From Candidatus Poribacteria bacterium (lineage in GTDB: Bacteria; Poribacteria; WGA-4E; WGA-3G), in NCBI GenBank assembly GCA_965247285.1, contig CBDFHD010000002.1, forward strand, positions 364,499 to 428,498: DNA of 64,000 bases. Direction: 5' to 3'. Shown here one piece after another: positions 61,348-64,000 of this stretch; the first letter of the stretch is position 1, and each line of letters starts with the position of its first letter. A program made the translations under genes and the position numbers. The notes under the pieces are model-generated. The model did not search any database and was not told where the DNA came from. It saw only the letters and a list, made by a program, of their open reading frames with translations.

Positions 61348-63561
61348 TTACTGATTCCGGTAGATTCTATTGAGATGTTTCGGCATTGTGAAGAAGCGTC
61401 CGCCCGTCTGCTCTGCGAGGGTTTTCTGAAAATCTGTAGGACCCGGATGTCCGATAACATAGGCACGGATGCCTAACGACAGGCACAGACTGAGTGCGCG
61501 TTCAGGCGGGTATTTTCCTGTTGTCGGTTCATCTGTCAGAATAAGCAGGAATCGGCTGGCATACGGACTGAATTTTACTCTCGGAACCCCTTCCACGATT
61601 GCATCGATGAGGTGTTCGTCTCCCCCAAATGGGTCCTCCATGTAGCTTTCGAGCATGGATTCGTTGAGCGGCATCTGCGTCACAACCGCGCCGTTGATGA
61701 CTTTGATGGCATCCTTCGCCTCCGCGAAACGGATTAGCCCAATCCGATACCTGATGGGTAGGATTTCTAACCTGCCGATAAGTGTGCTTAAACCGAGCAT
61801 GATCGCTTCGGATTTGCCGCCCATACTCCGACTATAATCGAGCATTACTACAATATCCACGACAGGTTCATATCCTTTCACTGCGTTGTCAGGAGACGCA
61901 CTGAGTGCCGCCCCGTTGTAGATGTTCAGTCGATTCTTTTCACTTCGGATGGTATACATGCGATGCCGGGTTGGGTCGTTTACGAGCCATCTGTTGCCGC
62001 GTTTTTGCGTCATTGCAGTGAGACTGTTAGAAGGGTTCCAACTTTCAGGGTAGATCCCGGCGAAAACGTTCAGTTTATTACCCTGTTTGCGGATGGTGTA
62101 GATGCGCCCGTTTGTATAATCGGTAATTACCCACAAATCATTCTTCTGTTTCTCCCAGACCGTGGAACTCCCAAACAGGTTGTCGGCACCGGCTAAAGAG
62201 ACACCGTTTTTCTTGAATTCGCGTTGCAACTTTTTGATTGGGACATCGCCATCTTCGAGTAGCACCTCGAATTGGGACTCCATACTGAATAGCAATTGAC
62301 CGCTGTTTCGGCGAAGGTCGGTGACAATGTCCCGAAATACCTTCATAAATGCTGCATTGGCGACGCGATCACTTGGAAGCGAGGTTGCCTTACCGAAGCC
62401 TCCCGGAATGCGCTGCCAGAGTCCACCCGTCATTTCCGCTAACTCTTGTTGAAACGGTTCTGGAACCCCAAGAACGTTGACATGGATACCCTGAAGTTGA
62501 TATTCCTTGATAACCTTTTCCCGCATCTTGGTGTGGGCATCTTCCTTTTTAAAAGCAGTCGTTGCGGGTTCATCGGTTACGAGGATGATGTATTGGTCCG
62601 CATCGGCGTGGAAGTCGATACGGTAGGGTGTATCCATGAGTGCGTCGAGCGCATGTTCATCGCCGCTGAGTGCGGCTTTTTGCATCCGTCTGCGCAGCAT
62701 CCCGACATCGGGTAACAAAGTGCGGATCTCCAGTTTTTGACCTTCGTACCTGACACTGAATTCCGACATGCCGAAGTGGTACTCCAGATTGACGAGATCG
62801 AACGCATCGACCATGGCGAACAGGTTTGCGGCGACTTCTTGGACGTTATCGCGCATGCTCGCGCTCGTGTCGAGTACGAAAACGACGTTCACCTTGTCCA
62901 CTTCTCGTGTTCCGATGATGTGGTCGGCGATACGTTTGAGTGCTTTCGCGAACGGGTTGTTACTATCTCCACTGCCGGTTCCTTCGCCCTCGCCGTCTCC
63001 ATCACCGTCCCCGACAGTCCCAATTTCAGAAGCACCCGTAGATTCGAGTTTGTGAAATCCGCCACCACCATCACCTTTGACGCGTTGCCGCAGACTGTCT
63101 ACACCTGCCCCCGCAGTCGTCTGAAAAGGGCTCGCGACCTCTTCTGAGATCGGTGTTTCTCGGCTATTGATCCGTTTTGCGTCCGTTGTCACATCGGGGA
63201 GAGTCGTTTCAACGTCAGACACGGATCTCGTTGCGCTGTGTAGAAGTGCCTCCTCCGATTGCCGTCGGGTTTCATCGATTAAATTCGCGGAAGCCATGAG
63301 GTCCAGGTGCCGTTGGTTTGTCTCGGTAGACGGATCTGTGTGCTGTGGCGTTCGTAGTTTTTTGGGTGGCGGTGGTTTGAGGGTACGCCGTTGTTCCCGA
63401 AGGGCTTCCGGCTTGATGAGTTCCACTGCCAGCGCGTCTTCACTGTTGTTCTGCCTTTGGGTATAGAACGAGAACATAAAGGTGATGGCGAGGCAAAGAT
63501 GGACGATACTCGAAAAGAGCAGCGCGCGCATGGAACGGTGTCGCCTGTAGGAACGGTTCAT
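61348..63561 (-). CDS. Membrane-anchored double-vWA domain protein
   Basis: N-terminal TM (SS..HL), vWA motifs VLDTSASM and MLDYSRSM, two LVTDE/LTDE motifs. Confidence 0.8.
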   Translation of the reverse strand: MNRSYRRHRSMRALLFSSIVHLCLAITFMFSFYTQRQNNSEDALAVELIKPEALREQRRTLKPPPPKKLRTPQHTDPSTETNQRHLDLMASANLIDETRRQSEEALLHSATRSVSDVETTLPDVTTDAKRINSRETPISEEVASPFQTTAGAGVDSLRQRVKGDGGGGFHKLESTGASEIGTVGDGDGDGEGEGTGSGDSNNPFAKALKRIADHIIGTREVDKVNVVFVLDTSASMRDNVQEVAANLFAMVDAFDLVNLEYHFGMSEFSVRYEGQKLEIRTLLPDVGMLRRRMQKAALSGDEHALDALMDTPYRIDFHADADQYIILVTDEPATTAFKKEDAHTKMREKVIKEYQLQGIHVNVLGVPEPFQQELAEMTGGLWQRIPGGFGKATSLPSDRVANAAFMKVFRDIVTDLRRNSGQLLFSMESQFEVLLEDGDVPIKKLQREFKKNGVSLAGADNLFGSSTVWEKQKNDLWVITDYTNGRIYTIRKQGNKLNVFAGIYPESWNPSNSLTAMTQKRGNRWLVNDPTRHRMYTIRSEKNRLNIYNGAALSASPDNAVKGYEPVVDIVVMLDYSRSMGGKSEAIMLGLSTLIGRLEILPIRYRIGLIRFAEAKDAIKVINGAVVTQMPLNESMLESYMEDPFGGDEHLIDAIVEGVPRVKFSPYASRFLLILTDEPTTGKYPPERALSLCLSLGIRAYVIGHPGPTDFQKTLAEQTGGRFFTMPKHLNRIYRNQ

Positions 63562-63625
63562 GATGTTTTCTCCATTTTAATATAAGTCTGTTTGTCCCTC
63601 AATCCGATCAATTCTATTGGCTATT

Positions 63626-64000
63626 CTATTTAATTTTCACTTTTCCCCACGTGGTTGTTAGCAGTCGGGGTTGTGGCGAAACCGGCAACGCATACGCCGG
63701 GTCAAACCAGTCTCCTCCAGTATTCCATGAAATATGTGTCAATTGCGTCCGAACCTCGCTGTTCAGATCCAGTTTAATGATTTGGAAATCTCCGTTAATT
63801 TCTCGTGTATAGAGGACTTCGTTTCCATCCGGTGATAACACTGGATACTGGGCATAGGGACCTGCTTCTTCGATAAGCTGCTGGAGTCCAGTGCCGTCGC
63901 GATTGATGATGTAGATTGTTATTTTGTCCTTCCATTCATCGTGCAGATGTCTTTCCGCATCTGGAGGTGGCACCCGATGTTTATTCCAAGAGAAGACGAG
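63626..64000 (-). CDS. 3' part of a TolB-like/PD40 beta-propeller protein with TTTWGKVK tail (partial)
   Basis: IY.INRDG, P.LSPDG and ends PVSPQPRLLTTTWGKVKIK. Confidence 0.75.
   Translation of the reverse strand, partial: LVFSWNKHRVPPPDAERHLHDEWKDKITIYIINRDGTGLQQLIEEAGPYAQYPVLSPDGNEVLYTREINGDFQIIKLDLNSEVRTQLTHISWNTGGDWFDPAYALPVSPQPRLLTTTWGKVKIK

Overview
Bacterial chromosomal window using the standard genetic code, most consistent with Candidatus Poribacteria (inference from the many LamG/secreted proteins ending in a TTWGxxK motif, dockerin-like repeats, PhyH dioxygenases and DUF6785-type membrane proteins). Housekeeping genes (uppP, hisD, murA, truA, RluA-family synthase, moaB, ecfT) are mixed with accessory catabolic, surface and defence genes. 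The main result is five genes whose two halves join in frame across a single TGA. Two are tandem, signal-peptide-bearing dockerin-thioredoxins where the TGA occupies the first Cys of the CxxC motif (U-P-F-C and U-I-Y-C), so they are very likely selenoproteins. The other three (LamG, DUF4159-like, DUF5695-like) have SECIS-like hairpins of varying quality and could be new selenoprotein families or nonsense alleles. The window also has two tnpB-only IS200/IS605 elements with intact RuvC motifs; their ends, TAMs (TTAC, TCAA) and guide starts can be read from the sequence, and one sits inside an internally deleted IS630. Other elements are a partial Y1/RAYT transposase with dispersed REP families, inverted heptamer arrays bracketing accessory genes, a fused MNT-HEPN module, a helicase-less Type ISP-like RM enzyme and a compositionally foreign glycan-related island. 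Family assignments are by motif recognition only; no searches were run.
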